Shown one piece after another: positions 11,451 to 23,700 of a DNA stretch of 64,000 nt. The position numbers were made by a program, and so were the translations under genes. Below the pieces are notes generated by a model. That model saw nothing but the letters and a program-made list of their open reading frames with translations. It searched no databases and was not told where the DNA came from. This DNA comes from Basidiobolus meristosporus CBS 931.73 (Eukaryota > Fungi > Basidiobolomycota). Numbering within the stretch: position 1 is the stretch's first letter; each line of letters opens with the position of its first letter. The DNA lies in assembly GCA_002104905.1 (NCBI GenBank), contig MCFE01000258.1, positions 47,644 through 111,643 of the forward strand. The letters are read 5' to 3'.

Positions 11451-13310
11451 ATACAGCAGTGGCAACTGATTCTGCTCAAAAATCATAGGATAATTTTTGA
11501 TCATGGATCATAGATCTTGCCATATCAATTATTGATTGGTTAGCTTGTTCTGCTACTCCATTTTGCTGTGGGGAGTATGGTACAGTAGTCTCTTGCTTTA
11601 TCCCATGAATTTTGCAGAAGTGGATGAAGAGTTTTGAGGTATATTCTCCACCATTGTCAGAGCATATTTTCTTGATTTTTTCACCAGTTTCTCTCTCCAC
11701 CATGGCTTTAAACTCCCTGAACTTAGACAGAGCTTCTTCCTTTCTCTCCATGAAGTAGACCCATGTGTATCTTGTATAATCATCAATAAAAGTGATTAAA
11801 TACTTCATCCCGCCTAAGGATAAATTTTGCATAGGTCCACACAGATCTGAGTGAATTAGATCTAATTTTTTCTTAGTTTTGATTAACCCAGAGCTCTTGA
11901 ACAGTTGTCTGGCTTGTTTCCCATATATGCAGGCTTCACAGTGCTCCAAATTAGCTGGGGGATCAATTTTCACTCCAGAAATTAGCTGATCTTTGATCAT
12001 TTTACGCAAATAATCAAAATTGATGTGTCCAAATCTCCTGTGCCAAAGCATTGGTGTTTTTTCATTTAAGTTACTTATATTGGCTTCCTGATATGATGGA
12101 ATATAAGTCAACTTGTATAGATTCTGATCTCTGATGCCCAAAGCAATATGAGCACCATTTTGATCAGTGATCCTGCATCCAGAATTGTCAAAACTGAAAC
12201 TGATCCTTCTGCTGTGGCCTTGCTTACAGAGAGTAGGTTCTTGGCTATTTCTGGTACATAGAGTACTTCTCTAAAGGTCAGTGTATGGCTTCCTTCACTG
12301 CTTCTTAGGTTTACTTGGATAGTTCCTTCTCCCACTGCATCAAGTGTTCTATTGTCACCCATGAAAACCTTCTTAATTGGGATTTCTTGATATTGGGCAA
12401 AAAGTTCTTTTTGGTGTGTAAAGTGTTGAGAAGCTCCAGAGTCAATATACCACGTCTGAGAATCCTTGTTTGTGGTCATATTTAGTGCAGATATGAATAG
12501 TCTATCTTCAGTTGTTGCAGCATTTCCATATTCAGGCTTCTTTTGCTGATAATCTCTCTTTTTGAAACACCGGTCTGATGTGTGTCCTTTCCTTTTGCAG
12601 TAGTTGCAAAATAGGTTGCTGTTGCCTTTGTAGGGTCTTGGGTACCTCCTTTGTTGGTTATCATTGCTTATTAAAGCATTTTCTTCTTCCTTCTTATTGG
12701 CGCTTGATTTTCTTAATTCTTCATCCAGGAGCCTTCCATATATGTAATTTAAGGTCAAATCTTCAGTTCTGGACTCTAGGGCTGATACAAGGCCCTGAAA
12801 CTTGTCTGTCAGGCTATTCAGGATGGTAACTATCACATCCTCATCAGTAGTTGGTATGCCCACAGATTCCATCTCATCTACCAGCAGGGTAATTCTGTTA
12901 ATTAGATTTTTCATTTCTTCTCCTGGCAGCATCTTTGTAGTAAAGAATTTTCTTCTCAGATATATTTTCTTGGCAGCTGAACATGACTGGTAGGTGTCTT
13001 CTAATGCCTTCCAGGCACTCTTTGCCGTTTTTGCTCTTGAGCATTGAATTAGCAATTTGTCCTTGACATTAAGGCAAATGCAGTTAAAGGTACTTTGTTC
13101 TTTCTTCTGGTACCTTAAGGCTTCCTCTCCCACGTTTTTAGGAGGGCATTCTTCTCCCATGACAATATCCCAAAGGCCTCTTTCTTGTAGCAGCATCTTC
13201 ATCTTCACCTTCCACACTTGGTAGTTAGAGCCATCCAACTTTTCAGCAGAGGGGAAAATTCCAGTAATAGCAGTAGTAGACATTGCAGAGAGTGACAGCT
13301 TGGGGCTCAT
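11451..13310 (-). mobile_element. Ty1/Copia gag-protease-integrase (relatively young, one frameshift, truncated within integrase)
   Basis: Copia Gag (KLDGSNYQVWKVKM). Zinc knuckle CNYCKRKGHTSDRC. Protease WYIDSGASQH. Pre-integrase LWHRRFGH. Integrase HSDLCGP, FIDDY, SDNGGEY, PQQNGVAE. Likely start is the ATG at 13310. Confidence 0.95.
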
Positions 13311-13314
13311 AACC
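13303..13314 (-). promoter_or_regulatory. Copia PBS complementary to the anticodon arm of initiator tRNA-Met (half-tRNA priming type)
   Basis: GGTTATGAGCCC directly follows the LTR. A second copy is at 15432-15443. Confidence 0.8.
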
Positions 13315-13663
13315 TGTTGTAAGAGTCTTGGAGATATTGGAAGTGATTGGGAGAACAAGTAGATTATGTGGTTTTCACTTAATGATTTATTGAATGTAAA
13401 AGTAGTATTTATACTTTTACCTGGTCTTGGCATTACAAACACGTAGAATAGGTTAAGGAAGGTCCCAAGAACATGTGTGCAAAGTTTGGGGCTGTTTGGA
13501 CAACTTTGAGAATTTTCATGTTCTGGGTACCTGACATTTTGGTGAAAATATTCTGAGTAAATCCCAACAAGGAATTTGGTCAGTATTCTCTAGGATTTGA
13601 AGGTGATGATCTAAGTGACTAAGTTAGGTGAATATTTAGGTGGAAATACAAATTTTTACAACA
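13315..13663 (-). repeat. Copia 5' LTR (349 bp)
   Basis: 8-bp inverted termini TGTTGTAA/TTACAACA, adjacent PBS, homologous to 2148-2490 and 15444-15793. Confidence 0.9.
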
Positions 13664-14446
13664 GTTTCTTGGCATATGCTGAACACCCAAATATTCTTAG
13701 ATGTTCTGCACTTGGTCTGTATCCATACCATGCTTCAAGTGGAGTAGAATCACTAAGTATTCTGTTATAACTCCTTTTTTTAAGGAATACAGCTGTGGCA
13801 ACTGATTCCGCCCAAGAATCATAGAATAATTTTTGATCATGGATCACAGATCTTGCCACATCAATTATTGATCTGTAAGCATGTTCTGCTACTCCATTTT
13901 GCTGTGGGGAGTATGGTACAGTAGTCTCTTGCTTTATCCCATGAATTTTGCAGAAGTGGATGAAGAGTTTTGAGGTATATTCTCCACCATTGTCAGAGCA
14001 TATTTTCTTGATTTTTTCACCAGTTTCTCTCTCCACCATGGCTTTAAACTCCCTGAACTTAGACAGAGCTTCTTCCTTTCTCTCCATGAAGTAAACCCTT
14101 TTGTATCTTGAATAATCATCAATAAAAGTGATTAAATACTTCATCCTGCCTAAGGATAAACTTTGCATAGGTCCACACAGATCTGAGTGAATTAGATCTA
14201 ATTTTTTCTTTGTTTTGATTAGCCCAGAGCTCTTGAACATTTGTCTGGCTTGTTACCCATATATGCAGGCTTCATAGTGCTCCAAATTAGCTGGAAGAGC
14301 AATTTTCACTCCAGAAATTAGCTGATCTTTGATCATTTTGCGCAAATAATAAAAATTGCTGTGCCCAAATCCCCTATGCTAAAGCATTGATGTTTCTTCA
14401 TTGAAGTTTCTTATATTGGCTTCCAAATATGATGGAATATAAGTCC
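13664..14446 (-). mobile_element. Second Copia integrase fragment
   Basis: Near-identical to 11451-12110 (HSDLCGP, SDNGGEY). Cut by the LTR at 13663. Confidence 0.9.
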
Positions 14447-14560
14447 AAGACTCTTACAACATTGACAGCAACTTTGAGAAAGATGATAATCTGGGAACCT
14501 GATAGTTTGCTTTAATATTCTAAGTAAATCCCAACAAGAAATTTGCTCAGGACAAAATGC
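14447..14560. repeat. Inverted LTR terminus plus degenerate LTR relic
   Basis: caagactcttacaaca is the reverse complement of the LTR end. It is followed by degenerate caactttgagaa...aagtaaatcccaacaag. Confidence 0.5.
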
Positions 14561-15031
14561 TGATCAAAGAATAAGATCTCATGACTAAGCAAGCAGGAGT
14601 ATTTTGGTGACAACTTAGCAATTACAATACTGTATATGCTGGTACAACTGGAAACTGAGTTACAATTGAAGATTGAAAGGAAATAAACCAATTTGTATGC
14701 ATGAAAAGTAATAGAGTTATTTAAGTCAGGAAGTAAGGAGTGTAAAAAAGAGGCAATAGACAACCAATGTACACAAATGTAGGAGGTGATTGAGTGTCCA
14801 AAATCAGAAAGTGACAGAATTAGCAGAGAGCCAATCCAAAGTCACTTACACATCATTATGACAAAAAACTTGACTAAGTTGTTTGTGAAATCTGAGGTCC
14901 AGTGTTTTCTTAACAGTCTTTGCACAGTGTCCTCACAGCACTAGTACCTCTTAGTTATGGGATTTAAATTTTGTGAAGGCCTTTTGATGGGATCATCACA
15001 ATTCTTTTCATAGGGAGGGTAATTGTGTTGA

Positions 15032-15793
15032 TTAGAATTTTGTTTTCTTCTCCTGGCAGCATCTTGGTAGTAAGAAATTTTCTTCACAGATACATTTTCT
15101 TAGTGCTGAACATGACTGGTAGGTGTCTTTTAATGCTTTCCAGGCATTCTTTGTGGCTTTTGCTCTTGAGTATTGAATTAGCAATGTGTCTTTGACTTTA
15201 ACACAAATGCAGTTAAAGGCACTTTGTTCTTTCTTATGGTACTTTAAGGCTTCCTCTTCCACGTTTTTAGGAGGGCATTCTTCTCCTGTAACAATATCCC
15301 AAAGGCCTCTTTCCTGCAGCAGTATCTTCCTCTTCACCTTCCAGACTTGGTAGTTAGAACCATCCAACTTTTCAGCAGAGGAAAAAATTCCAGTAATAGC
15401 AGTAGTAGACATTGCAGAGAGTGACAGCTTGGGGCTCATAACCTGCTGTAAGAGTCATGGAGAAATTGGAAGTGATTGGGAAAACAATTAGATAATGTGG
15501 TTTTTTCACTCAATGATTTTTTGAATGCAAAAGTAGTATATATATTTTTACATAGCCTTGGCATAGCAAGCATATAGAGTAAGTCTAGGAAGGTCCCAGG
15601 AATATGTGTGCAAAGTTTGAGGCTGTTTGGACAACTTATCAAATTTTCATGTTCTGGGTACCTGATGTTTTGGTGGAAATATTCTAAGTAAATCCCGACA
15701 AGGAATTTGGTCAGTATTCTCTAAGATTTGTAGGTAATGATTTAAGTGACCAAGTTAGGTGAATATTTAGGTGGAATTCCAAATTTTTATCAC
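15032..15793 (-). mobile_element. Third Copia fragment: 5' LTR (15444-15793), PBS and Gag N-terminus
   Basis: MSPKLSLSAMSTT...KLDGSNYQVWKV closely matches the Gag starting at 13310. The LTR is homologous to 13315-13663. Confidence 0.9.
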
Positions 15794-16105
15794 AGAGCCA
15801 AGTACAAAAATATTTGATATCGTTTTATCAGGGAAGCTACAAAGGATAATGTACATATTTACAAAACCATTGGTTAGGGACAAAAACAAGCATCTAAGAT
15901 CATAAGTAGGTTTAGTGATAATGAATATTTGGTTGAGTGGAAGTGTTGGATATTTTGTATTTGCACTTGGTTATTCCAGTGACTTGGTCACCCAGATCCT
16001 AGCTTACGTAATTTACTATATCCGGCCCAGATTCTCTATTGGGATTCACTTGAAATATCTTCACCACAATCTCAGGGACCCAGAACAAGCAAATTGTTGC
16101 AAGCG
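15794..16105 (+). mobile_element. Old Copia 3' end in opposite orientation (RNase H end, PPT, LTR relic)
   Basis: Matches the reverse complement of ~1020-1220. PPT gagtggaag at 15935-15943, followed by tgttgga. Confidence 0.6.
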
Positions 16106-19100
16106 ATACTTGGAGATATCTGAATATGATTTCCAATGAAAATCGCGATCAGTTCATCCCATGGAAGATAGCCTCCACCCCTCGATGATATGGGCGAAGT
16201 GCGCTTTAGCTTGTTGGATTCTGCTTGAGTACGGTATATTGCAGGGGCTCTATGGGGATTGTTGTCCCAAATCCACTTACGCCATGCCACACTACGACGA
16301 TCCGCCTTATGAGAATCGCTGGGGTGGCCGGAGCGTGGTTTTCTACCAGTAGACGGTAACGCAGGTCACGAACGCGCAAAAGGGGCTTGTGGCTGTTTGA
16401 CAAGACGAGATGCGCCTACTACTATTCTTCAAGATTCTCAATTGCAATTCCAACAGAAACGTTTCTCTCGACAAATATGAATGTTGTGGACCGAACAAGT
16501 GACAGGATGTAGAGGATCCGGTTTAGCAGGCAAAACCTAGAAGGGTTGGGGATCATTTGAAGAATGTACGACAGCCAATGGTGGATCTACCTCAAGGCGA
16601 GCCTATTTTTAGCTGGACAAGACACAACGAATCAGCAGTACTGAGGATTTGGACCAGACCGGAGGTCGTTGAAAAAGGCAATCATTTAACATCCCCATAT
16701 CCAAGTATCAGACATGCGGTGGTATTACGGCTTTCAAACCCAAATGATCCTCTACCAACCAGGTAGGGAATAAGTGAGACGAATACTGATTGATCGTAAC
16801 CCCCGTACTACGCTGGATGCAAGCCACCGCTTACATCGAGACGTATCCGCATTGTATTCACCAGGTCTGCAGGGTTGAAAACATGGGCAGTCACGAAGAC
16901 CTATCCATCCACCTTACCAATAATGAGGACGGGACGAAAGCCAAATGATTCGGACTCCAACGAAATTCCTTCCTGGTGGCCCGATAAGACATCTGAGAAG
17001 CAGTGGCCAATCATTTACGCCACTGATCACTCGTTTCCAGGAAAGAGCTTTCGAACTCCAAACCCGAGCCCATGACCACCGAGGAATCCGGAACGGTAAG
17101 CAGAGGGCTACGAGCACTATGAGATTTTGACATACGATCATTCATTGACATGCCAACGATTTTGGTCCAGCAATCCAGGAGGGAGGCCATAATAAAGCGG
17201 GTCCCGATGGGAAATAAACTTCACGTTTCATATACCTCAGCCTTTCAGCCAACAAATAGCAAGGCCTTGATGTATTCAGAGTGGAATTCTGTCCATTGAT
17301 CAAGGATTAGTAAGCGGTGACCTGAGCTGGATTGTTTTGGTTTGCCAGCAGCGTCGTCGAGCGAAATTACACGAGGCGCTTCACATGCTACACCAGATGA
17401 CATCCGCCACCGATGCAGCCAAGCAGGGGTTTTCGATCTGGTAGTGTGGCATCTTTTTCGATGAACTGGGAAGATTCTTCGAATTCCTGCATCACTTTTA
17501 TATCCTGGTAGCGAGTGGCTTAATTTCTATGGCAAGAGCACCCGATGCTCAAGTCAAACTGGATTTGACTAGGTCTTACCGACCTCATTAGTGGAGAATA
17601 TGAAGTGTCTTCCACATTCGGACTGCACCAAGCTCTGCCTGCAGCGCCGTTTAGAAATACACAGAGAGGCGGTTCAGTGGCAAACTTGCTAGAAGGTAAC
17701 CCATATTCCGACGGTATAACGCAGGTGAGGAGAGCGCATGTGTGCGGCACACCTCCATACTATCTAGCAGCAGGATTGACTGCAACGATATCAACGCTGC
17801 GGGTGTTTTGAGTCTTGTCACCAATGTGATCTACCAACGTGTGCGGATGTCTTGATTCCAAACCAATGACCTGACCAGTGGATTGGAAAGTTGGGAACCC
17901 TTGTGGCCGAGTCCAAGGGAGCCGAAAAAGGAGAATGGGACTCGGCACAGAGTTTGGGGTCTTGATAAGCTTTTCTTTTTCGTCTGTCCACGATTACGAA
18001 TCGAGAATAGAAACCCTGGCACCAAATGGGCTTCGAGCTGACCATCGAACTCCCAGGCAAAATACGAGCGCTGGCTGCCTGAATGGATTGCACAGAAGAG
18101 ATGAAGCGTTGATCGTATCTGTAGCCTGGATGCCAGCGGCCATTCTCGCTTATGTATCGTTTGATGTCATTTGGGCTACTCCCCTCAGATAGCCAGTGGA
18201 TTGCTGCAACATTTCATTTAGCACTGGGCCAGGATAATTGAAGATCCATTTGTGCATACGTCGTTGATTTCCAATGCCCGATATGCGCCCCAAGTGGCCC
18301 GTCGGAGCATCATTTTGCGAGACATCCAACCCAGCAGTACCGTTACACCATTCGTATAACCCGGTTGTGTCCAAAGACTGTATGCCCCACTTCTCCGCTG
18401 ATCGTTGGGAGAATGCTTCCCTCTCAAATGAATTCAAGCGATGGCAAGCATATTTGGCATATCTCCATCGCACTTTTGGAACCTGCAAAAAGGATAACGT
18501 CAGCTGGCTCTCATGAGTGGCAAAAACTGACCAGGGCGAGTTTTATTGGGCCTCAACAATGATGCCAGAGCAGACGGATCATCCGATCACTGGATTGTGA
18601 CAATCGACCAAGGAACCGCGAAGGCGTCAGCCACCCGAACCCTTCAGAAGCCCATCTATCTACCCACTGTAGCCCCCATGAGATGGTACTCACCCTTATC
18701 CCATATTGAGCCATTGGCCAGCTGATGGGTGACTAGCTCTAAACCGTGAAGCTTGGAGTGGCAGGACCTTGGTTGTGAGCCTTTCGTGGGATGCAAACGT
18801 CTACTGAGGCTCGGAAGCGCGTGCAGTGGGTGGACCATCGATGCACGTAGTCGGGGATCTCTACTGAACCACAGGACTGGATTCGGCTAGCATTTGGCCA
18901 TTTTTCACCATCAGGGCCGCTCGCCACAAAAACAATGCTAGCAATAAGACATGGCACCGATTAACCGGAAATGGAATCTCCCACCAGATCTTCCAAATCC
19001 ATTAAGTGCACCGGACCCACTTTTGGGGCTAATCAGCTGAAAAAAATCCCATCCTTATCCACAGAATGTGGCAATCCGAGGAATTCTTCCTCCCTGCGAT

Positions 19101-20708
19101 GGGAGTGAGAAATGGGTTTTTGGTGTGCGTTCGTGGTGACCAAAGTAAATCTGGCCCTGTCACGTCACACGGAAATCCGTAAACTTGGATGGCCGCCAAT
19201 CCGCAGCGCGAATTTGGCAATCCATCTGGGTATTCTGGCGAAAGTGGAATGCCATCTAACTATATTTGAATCGCCGTCTAATTCGTCGTATCTTGCTCTT
19301 TCGTCACGAATGTTCATCAATCACTGCGGTTTCCGGCTGGGAATCCCAGTCTGTGCTCTATACCTCACCCCAGCACCCTAGCAGTCGCATTCTGACTCCC
19401 ATACCCTAGGGATACATGCAGTAAGCTCTATGTATTCATCCCTGCAGGTTCCCCTTCCCCTTCATATCCCGAAATGAATCTGCGACCATCCATATATGGA
19501 GTAGTGGCACTTACGTCATCCAGTTGTACCACTCGCACAACCGACACCAGCAAGCCGTTCGCGGTGCTGCCGAGTCAGCTTCGCAAACGGCAGGGACGAT
19601 TGAGAGGCGGATCCACATACACCTGTTGACAAAGCAGCGTCAAACCCACACGAAGATAAACTTTAAGCATCCCTTCTGGTCCGAAGTGGGCCAATATGGT
19701 GCTAGGTGGAATCAGTTCTCGCCCTCGGTCGCGTTGGTGCGATTGGTCCAAATATTATTCGGTCGAGGAAAGGGTTGGGGACTACGACAAGGGCGAATAT
19801 ACGAAGGGGACCATTTATGGAAATGGGAAGATAGCGCTGGAAGTGGACTTCGTCATTAGCCCCACGAACTTGGACGTCACGGCTCATCTGCTTCACCGAA
19901 TTCGATTAGAAACGCCTTGCAAATCGGATCCTCGTCGGAAACCGCACCTCGCATACGCACAAGACGATCCCCAGGCGAGCGTTTTTGTGGTTGGTGAGGA
20001 ATTGGGAGGAACTGTATTGATCTGAGCCGACCCCATCTAGAATCTCCGGGTGCGCATAGACGTTCTACAACGCCAAGTGCCACGTTGGTCGCGCTACAAG
20101 TGACTGAATAGCAATCTTCGCGCTAACCTCACGGTTGGTGGTGGCATGCTTCATGAGGGCATTCCGACGGCCACGGTAGTAATCCATTCTAAATCCGAAC
20201 ATGAGTACGAACCCGGATGAATCAAAGCTTACGATGACGAATTTCAGGAAGGGGTGAGTGACTTTTACCGTTTAGCAGAGTACAGGCATACCATGTATAA
20301 ATGGCGATAAGAGTTCTTCCCAGACAGTCTATTTTATGCCTAAATTTGGCGAAATGGAAATATTGGGAATTCTTTGAGTGACTACTGCGTATGGCCAACC
20401 GTACCCAATAATGCCCAGAACAAAGTCGCTCTGAATGGCATTCCTAGAGGGATTAGGGAGCTGTTGCTTTCAACTCAATGCCAAAAAAAGCTGATGATTT
20501 TTAAGATAAATGGAGCACGGCCTTTTGTGACTAGATGTATATGATAGGTACTTCTAAATTTTGAGGCATGATGGGGATCCAACCATAAATATACACCCGT
20601 CCAAATTAGTTGAAGAGAATTTCCAACTTGCACTGGATGTTCTCTCGTTTCACAATGGTGCTATCAATAGGTTTGGGAGTTGGTTTAGCCGAGGGGATGT
20701 GCTGAGGG

Positions 20709-20715
20709 TATAAAA
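20709..20715 (+). promoter_or_regulatory. Putative TATA box of giant secreted gene 1
   Basis: TATAAAA about 40 nt upstream of the ATG at 20751. Confidence 0.55.
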
Positions 20716-20750
20716 GGGTTGAAGGGCCCTCCTTTCCTCTGTTGTTAGCA

Positions 20751-23700
20751 ATGAGGTTTGCAACATCACTGGTAGTGGGCTTTGCCCTGTTGCTTATTGC
20801 CGAATCGTATCCGCAACAGTTGTCACCCCTCTCGAAGGAACAAACGCACAAATATGAGAGTCAGTTTTCAACGTTGAACAAAAGATCAGACTATGATTCG
20901 TATGCATCTCAGACCCGCGAAGAATACTGTCAAAAGAACCCCAATACAGCACTCGTGTGTGCTGACTCCAACAAGTCAGCCATGATGTACAAATGTACTG
21001 GAGGAAAGTTACTACACTCTGCTTGCGCCATTGGTCAAGTGTGCAGGATGATGGATTTCTTTGGCCAATTTCAAGCGGTGTGTGCTGAACTACCACCAAA
21101 TATGTCTACCAGCACAAGTCATTCAGTCAGCCACACATCTAAGAAGCAACATAGCACAAGCGAGGAAGCAAAGTCCACATCTACCAAGACTCACGAGAGT
21201 AGTAGAAGCGAGGAAACTAAGTCCACCTCCACCAAGACCCAAGAACCTGAGCAGTCTACCGGTGCGAGTCACTCGGCCAGTCATACATCTAAGAAGGAGC
21301 ATAGCACAAGTGAGGAAACGAAGTCTACCTCCACCAAGCCTCACGAACCTGAGAAGTCTACCAGTGCGAGTCACTCGGCCAGCCACACATCTAAGAAGGA
21401 GCATAGCACAAGTGAGGAAACGAAGTCTACCTCCACCAAGCCTCACGAACCTGAGAAGTCTACCAGTGCGAGTCACTCGGCCAGCCACACATCTAAGAAG
21501 GAGCATAGCCTAAGTGGGGAAACAAAGTCCACTTCCACTAAGACTCACGAGAGTAATAAGAGCGAGGAAACTAAGTCCACCTCCACCAAGACCCAAGAAC
21601 CTAAGAAGTCTACCAGCGTGAGTCACTCGGTCAGTCACACATCTAAGAAGGAGCATAGCACAAGTGAGGAAGCGAAGTCCACTTCCACCAAGGCTCACGA
21701 GACTAATAGGAGCGAGGAAACTAAGTCCACCTCCACCAAGCCTCAGACCCGCGAAGAATACTGTCAAAAGAACCCCAATACAGCACTCGTGTGTGCTGAC
21801 TCCAACAAGTCAGCCATGATGTACAAATGTACTGGAGGAAAGTTACTACACTCTGCTTGCGCCATTGGTCAAGTGTGCAGGATGATGGATTTCTTTGGCC
21901 AATTTCAAGCGGTGTGTGCTGAACTACCACCAAATATGTCTACCAGCACAAGTCATTCAGTCAGCCACACATCTAAGAAGCAACATAGCACAAGCGAGGA
22001 AGCAAAGTCCACATCTACCAAGACTCACGAGAGTAGTAGAAGCGAGGAAACTAAGTCCACCTCCACCAAGACCCAAGAACCTGAGCAGTCTACCGGTGCG
22101 AGTCACTCGGCCAGTCATACATCTAAGAAGGAGCATAGCACAAGTGAGGAAACGAAGTCTACCTCCACCAAGCCTCACGAACCTGAGAAGTCTACCAGTG
22201 CGAGTCACTCGGCCAGCCACACATCTAAGAAGGAGCATAGGCCAAGTGAGGAAACAAAGTCCACTTCCACTAAGACTCACGAGAGTAATAAGAGCGAGGA
22301 AACTAAGTCCACCTCCACCAAGACCGAAGAACCTAACAAGTCTACCAGCGCGAGTCACTCAGTCAGTCACACATCTGAGAAGGAGCATAGCACAAGTGAG
22401 GAAGCGAAGTTCACTTCCATGAAGACTCACGAAAGTAGTAAAAGCAAGGAAACGGAACCAACCTCCACCAAGTTACCACCTCAGCAGAAAAAAATCCAAG
22501 CGGAGCATACTTCAGAAACTTCGAAAACCAAGGCTAGACCTACAGTTACTGAACCCATAGTTACTGTTACCGAACCTGCTGTGACCGTTAAGCACACCGT
22601 CAGTGATACAAGGCAACCCGAAGTCACTTTAACACCAACTGCTTCTGTGATTGTTACCGTAAAGGAGCCTGTAGTGACGGTTACCAAACCAACTTCCACT
22701 CTTCTTCACACTGTGAGAAACTCGATGAGAAGCAAGGTGACCTTGAGACCTGTTGCCTCCGTCAACGTCACCATCACCGAACCTACTGTCACTATTATGA
22801 AGCCAACCTCTGTCATTAAACACACAATCAGCGAAAAGGCTAAGAGTGAGGTGACATTGAAACCTGTGGTTTCCGCTGAGGTTACCGTGACTGAACCTAC
22901 CAAAACTGTTACCGAACCACCCGTTACTATCAAACATACGTTCAGTGTTAAGAGAAGTAGTGAAGTAACTTTGAGGCCTGTCGATTCTGTGGGCGTAACC
23001 ATTACTGAGCCTACCGTAACCATCACCAAACCTACTTCCACTATTCACCACACAGTAAGTGAAAAGCCGAGAAGCGAGGTTACTTTGCGGCCGTCGGCAT
23101 CCGTTGAGGTGACAATAACCGAACCAACAGTTACCGTCACCAAACCAGATTCAACAATTGTCCGGACATTTAGTGATAAGCCAAAAAGCGAGATTACTAT
23201 AACTCCTGTTGTATCCGCTGATGTTACAGTAACCGAGCCCACTGTCACCTTGACGAAGCCCATGCTTACCATTGTTCATACAATGAGTGACAAACCAACC
23301 AATGAAGTTACTCTTAAGCCCACCACTGATATTGAGGTGACTGTGACCAAACCCACCGTCACTGTATCCGAGCCTATGATCACCATTGTTCATACTGTGA
23401 CCAACAAGGCTAATCACGAGGTGACCCTCAAGCCAACCATTGCTGTTGAGGTTACGGTGACTGAGCCTACTGTCACTGTGTCTAAGCCTATGATCACCAT
23501 TGACCATACTGTGAGCGACAAGCCTACTCATGAGGTTACCCTTAAGCCCACCACTGATATTGAGGTGACTGTGACTGAACCCACTGTTACTGTATCGGAA
23601 CCTATGATCACCATTGTCCATACTGTGAGCAACAAGGCTACTCATGAGGTGACCCTTAAGCCCACCACTGATATTGAGGTGACTGTGACCAAGCCCACCG

